Assembly: GCA_041650995.1 (NCBI GenBank)
Contig: JBAZJZ010000001.1
Location: 227,166 to 291,165 of the forward strand
DNA from: Patescibacteria group bacterium
GTDB lineage: Bacteria > Patescibacteriota > Patescibacteriia > XYB2-FULL-38-15
Direction of reading: 5' to 3'
DNA: 64,000 nucleotides
Made by a program: the position numbers and the translations under genes
In this document: piece by piece, positions 18,082-30,046 of the stretch
Layout: every line of letters begins with the position of its first letter
Numbering within the stretch: the stretch's first letter is position 1
Notes under the pieces: model-generated
Told to the model about the DNA's origin: nothing
The model's input: the letters and a program-made list of their open reading frames with translations, nothing else
Databases searched by the model: none

Positions 18082-19338
18082 ATGTTACAATCTAAACTTT
18101 TTTACAAAGCAACAAAAGAAATTTCAGAAGAAGAAAAAAGCGTTAACGCGCAACTGTTAGTGCGCGCGGGTTTTGTTGATAAATTAATGGCTGGAGTTTA
18201 TACCTATTTACCTTTTGGTCTGCGGGTTTTGAATAAGATTAAAAAAGTCATTCGCGAAGAAATAAACGCTATCGGCGGCCAGGAAATTTTGATGCCGGCC
18301 TTAACGCCAAAAGAAAATTGGATAACTACTGGACGTTGGGACACGATTGATGTTTTATTTAAATTGGAAGGTTCTGGCGGGAAAGAATACGCGCTTGGTT
18401 CAACTCACGAAGAAATTGTAACACCGCTTGTTAAAAAAATAGTGAATTCATATAAAGATTTGCCCGTTACCGTTTATCAGATTCAGGATAAATTCCGCGA
18501 TGAGCCTCGGGCGAAATCCGGACTTTTGCGCGGGCGGGAATTTTCCATGAAAGATCTTTATAGTTTTCACGCGGATGAAGCAGATTTGGATGCTTATTAT
18601 GAAAAAGCCAAAGAGGCGTATCTAGAAATTTTTCGTCGGTTGGGCTTGGATGCGATTGTTGTTGAGGCGTCGGGCGGAACTTTTTCAAAATATTCGCACG
18701 AGTTTCAAGTTTTGACGGAAAGCGGAGAAGATGTAATTTTTTATTGTGAAAAATGCCGCTATGCGCAAAACAAGGAAATTGCCGAATATAAAGCTGGCGA
18801 TAAATGCCCAAAGTGCGGCGGAAAAATATTGGAGGGAAAAGCGATTGAGGTGGGAAATATTTTTAAATTAAAAACAAAATTTTCTGAAGCTTTTGATTTA
18901 AATTTTTTAGATAAAGAGGGAAAGAAAAAATTGGCCGTGATGGGTTGCTATGGAATCGGGCCGAGCCGTGTGATGGGAGCGATTGCGGAAGTGAGTCATG
19001 ACGAAAAAGGAATTATTTGGCCGCCTGAAGCCGCGCCGTTTGATGTGCATCTAGTCGCGCTTTTTGGCAAAGATGAAGGGAAAAATAAGAAAATCAAAAA
19101 TGAATCAGAAAAGCTTTTGGAATCTTTACAAAAAGCCTGTTTTGAAGTATTATATGATGACCGAGAAGAGGCCAGTTCGGGCGTTAAATTAGCAGAAAGT
19201 GATTTGTTTGGCATTCCGTTTCGCCTTGTAATCAGTGAAAAAACATTGGATAAAAGCAGCGTGGAAGTTAAGAAAAGAAGTGAGCAGGAGGTGGAATTAG
19301 TGAAATTAAATAAAGTTGAAAAATTTTTGAAAAAATAA
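18082..19338 (+). CDS. proS: prolyl-tRNA synthetase, short bacterial form lacking the INS editing domain
   Basis: Class II motifs FRDEPRAKSGLLRGREFSMKDLYSF. There is a CxxC..CxxC insertion. Confidence 0.85.
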   Translation: MLQSKLFYKATKEISEEEKSVNAQLLVRAGFVDKLMAGVYTYLPFGLRVLNKIKKVIREEINAIGGQEILMPALTPKENWITTGRWDTIDVLFKLEGSGGKEYALGSTHEEIVTPLVKKIVNSYKDLPVTVYQIQDKFRDEPRAKSGLLRGREFSMKDLYSFHADEADLDAYYEKAKEAYLEIFRRLGLDAIVVEASGGTFSKYSHEFQVLTESGEDVIFYCEKCRYAQNKEIAEYKAGDKCPKCGGKILEGKAIEVGNIFKLKTKFSEAFDLNFLDKEGKKKLAVMGCYGIGPSRVMGAIAEVSHDEKGIIWPPEAAPFDVHLVALFGKDEGKNKKIKNESEKLLESLQKACFEVLYDDREEASSGVKLAESDLFGIPFRLVISEKTLDKSSVEVKKRSEQEVELVKLNKVEKFLKK

Positions 19339-19341
19339 AAT

Positions 19342-20397
19342 ATGTTTAATAATTTACTGGGTCGATTTTCAAGAGATCTGGGAATTGATCTTGGCACAGC
19401 CAATACAAAAGTATTTGTAAAAGACAAGGGTATTGTAATCAACGAACCCTCGGTTGTTGCTATAAATAATAAAACCGGACAGATTTTGGCGATCGGTGAA
19501 GATGCCAAAAAAATGCTTGGAAAAACTCCGCCGCATATTATCGCTTCCCGGCCGATAGTTGACGGTATTATTTCAGATTTTGAAGTGACGGAAAAAATGT
19601 TGAAATATTTTATTGATAAAGTTCACCAGGAAGGTTTTACAATTTTACCAAGACCCAGGGTTGCTATCGGAATTCCCCTTGACATTACTGAAGTTGAAAG
19701 AAAAGCCGTGGAAGACGCGGCGTTATCGGCCGGCGCCCGCGAAGTCTTTTTGATTGAAAAAGCAATGGCGGCGGCGATCGGAGCGAGGCTGCCCATTTCT
19801 GATGCGGTTGGCAATATAATTATTGATATAGGGGAAGGGACTACGGAAATTGCCGTCATCGCGCTTTCAGGAGTTGTCACCTGGAAAACTTTGCGCGTGG
19901 CCGGAGAAGAGATGAATAAAAGTATTATTCAGTACGCCCGCGACGTTTTCAACTTACTTTTGGGAGAAAAAATCGCGGAAGATATAAAAATAAAAATCGG
20001 CTCGGCTTCAGAAATTAAAGAGCCTCTCACAATGGAAATGCGTGGCAGAGATCTCCTAACCGGTCTTCCGAAATCAGTGACAGTAAATGATGTTCAAATT
20101 CGCGAGGCGCTTGGTCGTTCCGTAAAACAAATTATTGATGGGGTTAAAGCGACTCTTGAAGTAACGCCGCCAGAACTTTTGGCAGATATTTTTGAAAGAG
20201 GAATGGTTTTAACGGGCGGGGGAGCGTTGCTTCGAGGAATTGATCAAGCAATAACAAAGGCCACAGAAATTCCCGTTAGAGTTGCCGATGACCCCTTGAC
20301 CGCGACCGTTCGAGGAACCGGATTGCTTTTGGAAAATATTCCGTTACTTAAAGAAATTGCTGTTCCATCAACTCAAGAAGAAGAAAAGAGAAGATAG
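19342..20397 (+). CDS. mreB: rod-shape protein MreB (actin homolog)
   Basis: IDLGTANTKVF phosphate-1 motif. The second GGG motif VLTGGGALL is present. Confidence 0.9.
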   Translation: MFNNLLGRFSRDLGIDLGTANTKVFVKDKGIVINEPSVVAINNKTGQILAIGEDAKKMLGKTPPHIIASRPIVDGIISDFEVTEKMLKYFIDKVHQEGFTILPRPRVAIGIPLDITEVERKAVEDAALSAGAREVFLIEKAMAAAIGARLPISDAVGNIIIDIGEGTTEIAVIALSGVVTWKTLRVAGEEMNKSIIQYARDVFNLLLGEKIAEDIKIKIGSASEIKEPLTMEMRGRDLLTGLPKSVTVNDVQIREALGRSVKQIIDGVKATLEVTPPELLADIFERGMVLTGGGALLRGIDQAITKATEIPVRVADDPLTATVRGTGLLLENIPLLKEIAVPSTQEEEKRR

Positions 20398-20404
20398 ATT
20401 GGTT

Positions 20405-20455
20405 ATTAAAAAATCCAAATGTTAAAATCCAAAATAAAAAATTTGGATTTTAAGT
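20405..20455. repeat. AAATCCAAA..TTTGGATTT hairpin of the same repeat family as 15496-15595
   Basis: AAAAATCCAAATGTTAAAATCCAAAATAAAAAATTTGGATTTT. Confidence 0.4.
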
Positions 20456-20461
20456 TTATTT

Positions 20462-21259
20462 ATGCGCCTTAATGTTTCAAAGCCAGTTCTAATAATATTG
20501 CTAGTTTTTTTTCTTATGATGATTTTCCATTATAGCGGAATTATTTTTCCCGTGGAAAATTTTGCCATTAGAATTTTAAGTCCGGTGGGCGGGGGATTTT
20601 ATAATTTTGGCCAAAAAATTCAGTCATTTTTTAAGCCGGAGATATCTGCCACCGATTATGAAAAATTATTAGCGGAGAGAGATCAATTAATCGCCGAAAA
20701 AGCGGAATTGTTGACGCTCCAAAGAGAAAATGAAGAGCTTAGGTCATCTTTAAATTTTCAAAAAGAGAAACCATACGATTCCTTAATGGCAAATGTTATC
20801 GGTCGCGATCCAAATTTTTCTAATTATTTTATTTTAAATAAAGGGTCAAAGGACGGCGTTCTCGTTAATTTGCCAGTTGTTTCTCCGGAAGGAATATTGG
20901 TTGGAAAAATTTTAAAAGTTGAAGACAAACTTTCCATAATGCTGATCCCAACCGATACTAATTTTCAAACAGCCGCCGCGATTTTAGGCGAAACCAAAAA
21001 CAGCACAAGCGGTCTGGTGCATGGGGAGAAGGGGTTGGGCATTAAAATGGAGTTTATCCCTCAGGAAGAAGAAATTTCTCGCGATGATATTGTGGTAACT
21101 TCCGGCTTGGAACTTAATATGCCGAAGGGTTTGGTAATCGGCCGGATAGCCGAGGCTAAAAGAGAATCAAGGGATATTTTTGGAGAAGCGACAATTAGTC
21201 CGCTCGCGGTTTATGAAAATTTGGACGCGGTTATGGTTCTTCTCCCCTCCAAAGAATAA
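20462..21259 (+). CDS. mreC: rod-shape protein MreC
   Basis: N-terminal TM, then a coiled coil and beta domains. Positioned after mreB. Confidence 0.7.
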   Translation: MRLNVSKPVLIILLVFFLMMIFHYSGIIFPVENFAIRILSPVGGGFYNFGQKIQSFFKPEISATDYEKLLAERDQLIAEKAELLTLQRENEELRSSLNFQKEKPYDSLMANVIGRDPNFSNYFILNKGSKDGVLVNLPVVSPEGILVGKILKVEDKLSIMLIPTDTNFQTAAAILGETKNSTSGLVHGEKGLGIKMEFIPQEEEISRDDIVVTSGLELNMPKGLVIGRIAEAKRESRDIFGEATISPLAVYENLDAVMVLLPSKE

Positions 21260-21262
21260 ATT

Positions 21263-21820
21263 ATGAAAAAATTTGAACGTTTTAGGCATTTATTAAAAAT
21301 TATTGGTAAAGCTGCGGCGATAAGTTTATTAGTTTTGTTTCAAGCCAGTTTTATTGCTGCCCTGCCTTGGCCGTTTAATTATTTTAATTTTGTTCTCTCG
21401 GTTTTAATTTTTATCGCAGTAATTTTTAACTTTCGTCAAGCCCTTTGGTTTGCCCTTTTTTCAGGTTTAATTCTTGACATTTTTTCTTTTTCTGGTTTTG
21501 GAACAATGGCGGCAATATTAATTTTGAACGCGATAATCATAAATTTTCTTTTTAGAAATTTTTTTACCAATCGTTCATTGTATTCTCTAATTATAATAGG
21601 GCTTATAGGTAACGGAATTTATATTTTGTCGTTATTAATTTTTAATTTTTTATTTTTTATTTTTGGGGCGGCGGATAATCTTGAGAAGTTTTTTAGTCGA
21701 GAAAACATTTTTGGGCTCGGTTGGCAAGTAGTTTTTGGAGTTTTATTTTTAGCTATTTTATTTTTATTATTTAATTTTTTAAGTAAAAAGTTAAAATCGG
21801 TTTTTCTTGACGCGGGGTAA
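21263..21820 (+). CDS. mreD: rod-shape protein MreD-like membrane protein
   Basis: Polytopic small protein between mreC and the PBP2 gene. Confidence 0.5.
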   Translation: MKKFERFRHLLKIIGKAAAISLLVLFQASFIAALPWPFNYFNFVLSVLIFIAVIFNFRQALWFALFSGLILDIFSFSGFGTMAAILILNAIIINFLFRNFFTNRSLYSLIIIGLIGNGIYILSLLIFNFLFFIFGAADNLEKFFSRENIFGLGWQVVFGVLFLAILFLLFNFLSKKLKSVFLDAG

Positions 21821-21826
21821 AAAATA

Positions 21827-23809
21827 ATGAATATTTTTAAAAAAAATAATTTACGATCTAACGATCCCTTCGCCATCCACGAAATTCCCGAGAGAGATTT
21901 TCGTTTGAATGAGGATAGAAATTTAGATTGGGTTGAAGAAAGTTTCGAGGTTGGTAGTTCGGTTGAAATAGAAGCGGATAAAAGCGGGAATGGGCGAGGA
22001 ATTAGAAAAGAATTTTTGGGGTTAGCTCTGAATCAAAAGAGACTAGCCGTTTTTTTAATTTTTATTTTTGGAATTCTTGGGATTTTATTTGGCAGAACCG
22101 CGTATCTCCAGATTGTTAGAGGTGCGCATTACAGGCAAATAGCGGAAGGTAATCGCATTAGAACAATTTACACGGCTGCTGAACGAGGAATTATTTATGA
22201 TTGCAACTCAACAGTGCTTGTAAAAAACGTGCCTACCTTTTCGCTTTATTTAATTCCAACAGATTTTCCGAAAGATAATGAGGCGAGAACTGGTGCCATA
22301 GAAAATTTAGCAAACGTGATAAAAATTCAGCCGAAAGAGATAGAAGAAAAATTAGGGGGAGCATCTTCATATTCGTATTCACCGATAATGCTTCGAGAAA
22401 ATATTGAGTATGAAGAAGCCATCCGTCTTAAAATAGAAAGTTCATTTCTGTCGGGCATTGATTTGAAATTAGAAAGTCGCCGCGAATATTTAAATGGAGA
22501 AAATTTTGCCACAGAAAGTTTGTCTCATATTTTAGGTTATGTTGGCAAGGTTAATCAGGATGACCTTGAGAAATACGATGATTACAATTCAACTGATTTT
22601 ATAGGGAAAACCGGGTTGGAATTATTTTATGAAAATTTACTTCGTGGCCAAAATGGCAAAAGACAAGTGGAAGTTGACGCTTTGGGAAAAGAAAAAAGCG
22701 TGATCGCCAAGGAAGATCCGGTGCGCGGTAAAAATATTACGTTAACTCTTGACATTGAAGTGCAGAAAAAGATGGAGGAAATAATAGAAAAACATCTCGC
22801 CGCCACAAAAAAATCTCGGGCTGCGGCGATAGTGATCGATCCCCAAAACGGAAAAATATTATCAATGGTAAGTTTGCCAGCCTTTGATAACAATCTTTTT
22901 GCCAAAGGTATTTCTTCAAAAGATTATGAGGCGCTTATTAATAATCCAAATCATCCATTTCTTAACCGCGCAGTTATGGGCGAGTATCCGTCCGGCTCAA
23001 CAATAAAACCGGTTATCGCTGCAGCGGCGTTAGAAGAGGGGATTATTAATAAAAACACATCATTTTTAAGCACGGGCGGACTTCGGATTAGCAGTTGGTT
23101 TTTTCCGGATTGGTTGGGCGGCGGACATGGCCTGACAAATGTTACAAAAGCTATTGCCGATTCGGTTAATACTTTCTTCTATATTATCGGCGGCGGTTAC
23201 GACAAGTTTGAAGGATTGGGCGTGGCGAGAATTGTGGAATACGCCAAACTTTTCGGTTTTGGGGAAAGTTTGGGAATAGATTTGCCGAATGAATCGGAAG
23301 GATTTTTGCCAAGCGAAGAATGGAAAGAAAAAACAAAAGGAGAGCAGTGGTATATTGGCGATACATATCATTTAGCTATCGGTCAGGGCGACCTTTTGGT
23401 TACACCACTCCAGATCGCCGCCTCTACAACTGTTTTCGCGAATGGCGGCGCGCTTTATCGCCCGCATTTTCTGGAGGCAATTGAAACAGAGAAAGTTCCT
23501 GCGGAAAATTATTTGATTAGGGAAAATTTTATCAGTAAAGAAAATATTGAGATAGTTCGCGGGGGAATGAGACAAACGGTTACTTCCGGCAGTGCGAAAA
23601 AAATGCTTGATTTGCCCGTGACTTCTGCCGGCAAAACGGGTACGGCGCAATGGAGCACGACAAAATCTCCGCATGCCTGGTTTACAGCTTTTGCCCCTTT
23701 CAATAATCCGGAAATTTCCGTTACCGTGCTTGTCGAGGAAGGGGAAGAGGGGAGCAGAGTTGCGCTTGATATTGCCCGGGAATTTATGATGTGGTATTTT
23801 ACGAAATGA
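21827..23809 (+). CDS. mrdA: penicillin-binding protein 2 (transpeptidase)
   Basis: SGSTIKP and KTGTA motifs with an N-terminal TM. Confidence 0.85.
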   Translation: MNIFKKNNLRSNDPFAIHEIPERDFRLNEDRNLDWVEESFEVGSSVEIEADKSGNGRGIRKEFLGLALNQKRLAVFLIFIFGILGILFGRTAYLQIVRGAHYRQIAEGNRIRTIYTAAERGIIYDCNSTVLVKNVPTFSLYLIPTDFPKDNEARTGAIENLANVIKIQPKEIEEKLGGASSYSYSPIMLRENIEYEEAIRLKIESSFLSGIDLKLESRREYLNGENFATESLSHILGYVGKVNQDDLEKYDDYNSTDFIGKTGLELFYENLLRGQNGKRQVEVDALGKEKSVIAKEDPVRGKNITLTLDIEVQKKMEEIIEKHLAATKKSRAAAIVIDPQNGKILSMVSLPAFDNNLFAKGISSKDYEALINNPNHPFLNRAVMGEYPSGSTIKPVIAAAALEEGIINKNTSFLSTGGLRISSWFFPDWLGGGHGLTNVTKAIADSVNTFFYIIGGGYDKFEGLGVARIVEYAKLFGFGESLGIDLPNESEGFLPSEEWKEKTKGEQWYIGDTYHLAIGQGDLLVTPLQIAASTTVFANGGALYRPHFLEAIETEKVPAENYLIRENFISKENIEIVRGGMRQTVTSGSAKKMLDLPVTSAGKTGTAQWSTTKSPHAWFTAFAPFNNPEISVTVLVEEGEEGSRVALDIAREFMMWYFTK

Positions 23810-23891
23810 TTTGCCGCGGTCTGTTGCTAAGATTTTTAAACTCTATTATACTTAACAGCATATTGTGTATAACTTTTAAAAAGGTTTATCT

Positions 23892-24356
23892 ATGCAGGAT
23901 CAAAAAGTTTACGTGTCAAAAGAAGGTTTGGAAAAATTTAAGCAGGAATTAGACGATTTAGTGAACGTGAAAAGGAAAGAAATCATTGAGCGCATTGAAA
24001 GAGCAAAAGAACTTGGCGATTTGTCCGAGAACGCCGAGTACGCGGCGGCGAAAGACGAGCAGGCGTTTACTGAGGGTAGAATTCTTGAACTTCAAGACAT
24101 GGTTGCCCGCGCGGAAATTATAAACGGTTCGGGAAAAGTTGATTTGGTCCGCGTAGGATCAAAAGTAAAAGTGAAAAGCGACGGCACGGAAACGGAATAT
24201 GAAATTGTTGGGGTGGCCGAGGCAGATCCAGTGGCCGGAAAAATTTCTAATGAATCACCACTTGGTAGGTCATTTTTGGGTCGGAAAATTGGGGATAAGG
24301 TTCAAATTCAGATACCAAAAGGGACGGTTACATATACGATTTTGGAAATCAGGTAA
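23892..24356 (+). CDS. greA: transcription elongation factor GreA
   Basis: The coiled-coil N-terminus carries GDLSENAEY. A C-terminal FKBP-like domain is present. Confidence 0.9.
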   Translation: MQDQKVYVSKEGLEKFKQELDDLVNVKRKEIIERIERAKELGDLSENAEYAAAKDEQAFTEGRILELQDMVARAEIINGSGKVDLVRVGSKVKVKSDGTETEYEIVGVAEADPVAGKISNESPLGRSFLGRKIGDKVQIQIPKGTVTYTILEIR

Positions 24357-24382
24357 ATAAATAGAAAAATGTAACAAAAAAA

Positions 24383-24420
24383 CGCCGGCGTTTCCATTCC
24401 ATGGAATCGCCGGTTTTTTC
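24383..24420. terminator. bidirectional terminator CGCCGGCG..CGCCGG flanked by A- and T-runs
   Basis: Lies between convergent genes. Confidence 0.5.
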
Positions 24421-24435
24421 GTTATTCCTTCTCCA

Positions 24436-24780
24436 TTATCCCGAAGGAGTAGGCGGTGGTTGTGTAGGCATGAAGATTACGATGGTTTCTTTGCCTTGCT
24501 TGGTCAACTGGAGTCGGTAGCCCTGCTTTTGATAGCTGACAATACCATCGACTAGCCTAATCAGGTTTCTGATTGTTTCGCTGGTGGTCGGTGTGTGAAG
24601 TGCTTCCCTTAGAGCCTGAAGCATTTGCCAGTCAACATCGTTAAATTCTAATGTCGTTTTTCCTGGTTTCCTCCTCGCCACCTTACATTCCTCCCCCTCA
24701 CCTTTCGCGGTTACCCGAAAGGTGAAGTCTCTAATGTTAGAATAGTATCTAGGTGTTGTCAAGAGTTCCCTTTTTGACAT
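24436..24780 (-). CDS. hypothetical 114 aa protein of moderately elevated GC
   Basis: ORF only. Confidence 0.4.
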   Translation of the reverse strand: MSKRELLTTPRYYSNIRDFTFRVTAKGEGEECKVARRKPGKTTLEFNDVDWQMLQALREALHTPTTSETIRNLIRLVDGIVSYQKQGYRLQLTKQGKETIVIFMPTQPPPTPSG

Positions 24781-24836
24781 TATTCTAAAATTAAGATAAA
24801 ATTAATACAATAAATTGTTTAAAATTACTTTAAAAT

Positions 24837-26321
<1,485 letters not shown>

Positions 26322-26324
26322 TTT

Positions 26325-27191
26325 ATGATCGAAGAAGAAATATTAAAAGAAATCGCGGCAAGGGAGCATTTTGTTATAAGCCAATTTGAACGAGTTGGTT
26401 TAGATATTCGGCGATATCCAGAATTATTTGATAGATTAAAGCAACTCCATGGTCCAGAGTCAAAACACTTTGAGGACGCCGTGCAGATGGTGGAAATAAT
26501 TGAAGAAATTTGGGAAGAGTTGGACAAACAGCTACCTTTTAAATTGGAGAAAGAAAAGATGATTTTGGCTACACTTTTACACGATGTCGGAAAATCCGGA
26601 CCCAAGGAGGCGACCTCTGAAGAACAAAAATTGATTGTTACTCTTTTTGATCCAACTCATTATGAACGAATCGTGGCGGCTGGAAAAAATGTGGCAGAAG
26701 AAACTATTCTTCGCGCTCTTCGCGATTCTGATTTGGAGGATGGAGCGCAACGTAAGATTGCAAAATATCTAAATAGTTTGGGCATAGATATTTCAAGTGA
26801 AAAAATGATTGATTTCTGGCGTCGGCATGCTGATTGGACTTATGATATCTTGAAAGATTTAGAGGGTGAAAAAATTGATGATCGGTTGGCCGTGATGGCC
26901 GCGTCGCATCATATTTTAGACGGGAAAAATCCAGCGGGGATTAATTTAGAACAAATTCCCGAAGAAGCCAGAACAATTGAAATAATTGAAACTTACGAAG
27001 TTTTAACTATTGTTGATAAATTTCAAGCTTTTATAAAAAGAAGCGGGCTTGACCATGCTGCAGCAATAAAAATTTTACGGAGTATAATTATAAATCAGAA
27101 ATTTCCCAAGCGGGTGGAGGAAAGTTATCTTGCAATTCTCACAGTTATAGAAAATTCAAAAGATAAATTACAAGCTAAATTGAAGAAGTAA
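26325..27191 (+). CDS. HD-domain phosphohydrolase
   Basis: LLHDVGK HD motif. Confidence 0.6.
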   Translation: MIEEEILKEIAAREHFVISQFERVGLDIRRYPELFDRLKQLHGPESKHFEDAVQMVEIIEEIWEELDKQLPFKLEKEKMILATLLHDVGKSGPKEATSEEQKLIVTLFDPTHYERIVAAGKNVAEETILRALRDSDLEDGAQRKIAKYLNSLGIDISSEKMIDFWRRHADWTYDILKDLEGEKIDDRLAVMAASHHILDGKNPAGINLEQIPEEARTIEIIETYEVLTIVDKFQAFIKRSGLDHAAAIKILRSIIINQKFPKRVEESYLAILTVIENSKDKLQAKLKK

Positions 27192-27193
27192 TT

Positions 27194-27607
27194 ATGGCCA
27201 AGCCGAAAAAAAAAGTAATGGTCTTTGGCACTTTTGCAGTTTTGCATCCCGGCCATCTTTATTTTTTTCGCGAGGCAAAAAAGCGCGGCGATAAATTAAC
27301 TGTTGTCGTGGCGCGCGATCTAACGGTTAAAAAAGTGAAGGGTTTTTCGCCAAAATTAGACGAGCAGGCGCGGCAAGAAATGGTAGATGCTATAAAACTT
27401 GTTAATGTGGCAGTGCTTGGCGATAAAATTGATTGGTATAAAATAATTTTAAAATATAAACCGGAAATAATTTGTCTCGGCTACGATCAGGTAGCGCCAA
27501 AAAATTTTAGAGAAGAGTTGCGGAGGAGGGGAGTGGACGCGAAAATTTTCAGGTTAAAATCTTATAAACCAAAAAAATATAAATCTTCTAAAATTTTGAA
27601 TAAATAA
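27194..27607 (+). CDS. cytidylyltransferase-like nucleotidyltransferase with an HxGH motif
   Basis: GTFAVLHPGHLYFF. Confidence 0.6.
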   Translation: MAKPKKKVMVFGTFAVLHPGHLYFFREAKKRGDKLTVVVARDLTVKKVKGFSPKLDEQARQEMVDAIKLVNVAVLGDKIDWYKIILKYKPEIICLGYDQVAPKNFREELRRRGVDAKIFRLKSYKPKKYKSSKILNK

Positions 27608-27612
27608 AATTT

Positions 27613-28902
27613 ATGATGGATATAAAATTTATCCGAGAAAAGAAAGAATTAATGAAAGAAGTAGCAAAAAATAAAAATAGCAAAGTTGATATTGATAAAT
27701 TACTCGCGGTTGACGAAAAACGGTGTAATTTAATTTCTGAAGTAGAAAAATTAAAAGCGGATTTAAACAAACGATCAAAAACAAAACCTAGCCCAGAAGA
27801 GATTGCGGCCTTGAAAGAATTGAGTGGAAAAATTAAAAAAATGGATGAGGAGTTGGTCGCGGTGGAAAAAGAATATCACGACTTAATGCTTCTTGTGCCA
27901 AATATTTATTCTGCGGACACGCCGGTCGGACCGGACAATACTGCAAACCGCGAAGTAACGCGCTGGGGTAAACCGACAAAATTTGATTTTACCCCGAAAG
28001 ACCATATTACGCTTGGTAAAGAGCTTAATTTAATCGATCTTGAGGCTGGCGCTAAAACCTCGGGTTATCGCGGCTATTACCTTAAAAATGAGGCCGTATT
28101 GCTTCATTTTGCCCTTTTATGGCACGCTATTAATAAAATGCGGAAAAAGGGTTTCGAGTTGATATTAACCCCGACACTGCTTCGGGAATTCGCGCTTTTG
28201 GGTAGCGGCCATTTTCCAGAAGGAAAGGATGAAATTTATCAGATTGGAAATCCAGGACGCTTGGCCGACGGCAGTACAAAGGAGGAAATTTTTTTGGCGG
28301 GTACTTCCGAGCCGGGGCTTCTCGCGTATTTTTCTGACAAAGTTTTTGAAGAAAAAGATTTGCCAGTGAAAGTTTGTGGATTTTCTCCCTGCTATCGTTC
28401 GGAAATCGGCAGTTATGGCAAGGATACAAAAGGCCTTTACCGAATTCATGAATTTATGAAAGTTGAGCAGGTAATTTTATGTAAAAATAATTTGGAAGAA
28501 TCGCTTGAGTGGCTAGAAAAATTGCGAGGCATTGCAGAAGAGATTTTGCAGGATTTGAAATTGCCGTATCGCGTGATTCAACTTTCCACTGGCGATATGG
28601 GGACGGGAAAATACAAGATGTATGATTTGGAAACTTATATGCCGTCCATGACTTCAAGGAATTTTTACGGTGAAACACATTCTGACTCAAACCTGACCGA
28701 CTGGCAGACGAGAAGGCTGAATATAAAATATAAAACTAAAGAAGGGAAAACTGAATTTGCATACGCCCTGAATAATACGGTTATTGCATCGCCAAGAATT
28801 TTGATTGCCATTTTGGAAAATTATCAGCAAAAAGACGGCAGCATAAAAATTCCAAAAGTTTTGCAGAAATATTGCGGAGTGAAAGTTATCAAGAAAAAAT
28901 AA
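27613..28902 (+). CDS. serS: seryl-tRNA synthetase
   Basis: The N-terminal coiled-coil arm is followed by a class II core. Confidence 0.9.
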   Translation: MMDIKFIREKKELMKEVAKNKNSKVDIDKLLAVDEKRCNLISEVEKLKADLNKRSKTKPSPEEIAALKELSGKIKKMDEELVAVEKEYHDLMLLVPNIYSADTPVGPDNTANREVTRWGKPTKFDFTPKDHITLGKELNLIDLEAGAKTSGYRGYYLKNEAVLLHFALLWHAINKMRKKGFELILTPTLLREFALLGSGHFPEGKDEIYQIGNPGRLADGSTKEEIFLAGTSEPGLLAYFSDKVFEEKDLPVKVCGFSPCYRSEIGSYGKDTKGLYRIHEFMKVEQVILCKNNLEESLEWLEKLRGIAEEILQDLKLPYRVIQLSTGDMGTGKYKMYDLETYMPSMTSRNFYGETHSDSNLTDWQTRRLNIKYKTKEGKTEFAYALNNTVIASPRILIAILENYQQKDGSIKIPKVLQKYCGVKVIKKK

Positions 28903-28908
28903 TTATCT

Positions 28909-30036
28909 ATGAAAACATGGATTGAAATTAGCCGAGAGGCTCTGAATTATAATTTGTCCCAATTTAAAAAATTGGTTGGCGATAGCGTAAAAATAATGGG
29001 TGTGGTAAAAGCCAATGCTTACGGCCATGGCTTAACTGAAGTGGCTGGCATTATTTCCGATAAAGTTAATTGGTTCGGCGTAGATTCAATCTCTGAAGCA
29101 TTGAAATTGCGGCAGGCCGCCATTAAAAAGCCAATTTTAGTTTTGGGTTATACCGAGTTGGCCGACCTGAAAGAGGCAGTAAAAAATAGTGTAAGTTTAA
29201 CGGTTTACAATAGAGAGACAATTGAAAGGCTTGGTAAAATTCCAATCCATAATCCAAATTTAAATCCAAAAATTCACATCAAAATTGAAACCGGAACCTC
29301 AAGACAAGGCGTTTTGGAAAATGAAATTTTAGATTTTGTAAAATTTGTAAAACAATATCCTTCAATTGAAATTCAAGGACTTTCCACCCATTACGCCAAT
29401 ATTGAAGACACGACTGATTCAAGTTTTGCCATGGAACAGCTGTCAGCTTTTACTCGCATGGCGGAAATTTTAAAAAAAGAAGGTGTGACGCCGCTCCGGC
29501 ATACAGCGTGTTCTGCTGCCACGATTTTATTTCCGGAAACTCATTTTGAAATGGTGCGGCTTGGCATTAGTATGTATGGGTTTTGGTCTTCAAAAGAAAC
29601 AAAGGCCGTGGCAAAAACCAAAAATTTAGAATTGGATTTAAAGCCGGCCTTAACTTGGAAAACAATTGTTGCGCAAATAAAAAATTTGCCCTCTGGTACG
29701 CCAATTGGTTATGGTTTGAGTGAACGCACGGGCCGTGATTCAAAAATTGCCATTTTGCCGATCGGCTATTACGACGGCTACGATCGCAAACTCGGAAGTG
29801 TGGGGAATGCTTTAATTCGCGGCAAACGTTGCAAAGTTTTGGGAAGAGTTTGCATGAATATGATTATTGTTGACGCGACTGATTTAGAAAAAATTGAGTT
29901 GGAAGATGAAGTAGTTTTACTCGGCCGGCAGGGGAGAGAGGAAATAACCACGGAAGATTTAGCGGGCAAAATTGGAACAATTAATTATGAAGTTGTGACA
30001 AGAATTAATCCTAATATTTTGCGACACATAGTATAA
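28909..30036 (+). CDS. alr: alanine racemase
   Basis: The PLP-lysine motif VVKANAYGHG is present. Confidence 0.85.
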   Translation: MKTWIEISREALNYNLSQFKKLVGDSVKIMGVVKANAYGHGLTEVAGIISDKVNWFGVDSISEALKLRQAAIKKPILVLGYTELADLKEAVKNSVSLTVYNRETIERLGKIPIHNPNLNPKIHIKIETGTSRQGVLENEILDFVKFVKQYPSIEIQGLSTHYANIEDTTDSSFAMEQLSAFTRMAEILKKEGVTPLRHTACSAATILFPETHFEMVRLGISMYGFWSSKETKAVAKTKNLELDLKPALTWKTIVAQIKNLPSGTPIGYGLSERTGRDSKIAILPIGYYDGYDRKLGSVGNALIRGKRCKVLGRVCMNMIIVDATDLEKIELEDEVVLLGRQGREEITTEDLAGKIGTINYEVVTRINPNILRHIV

Positions 30037-30046
30037 TTTATAGAAT

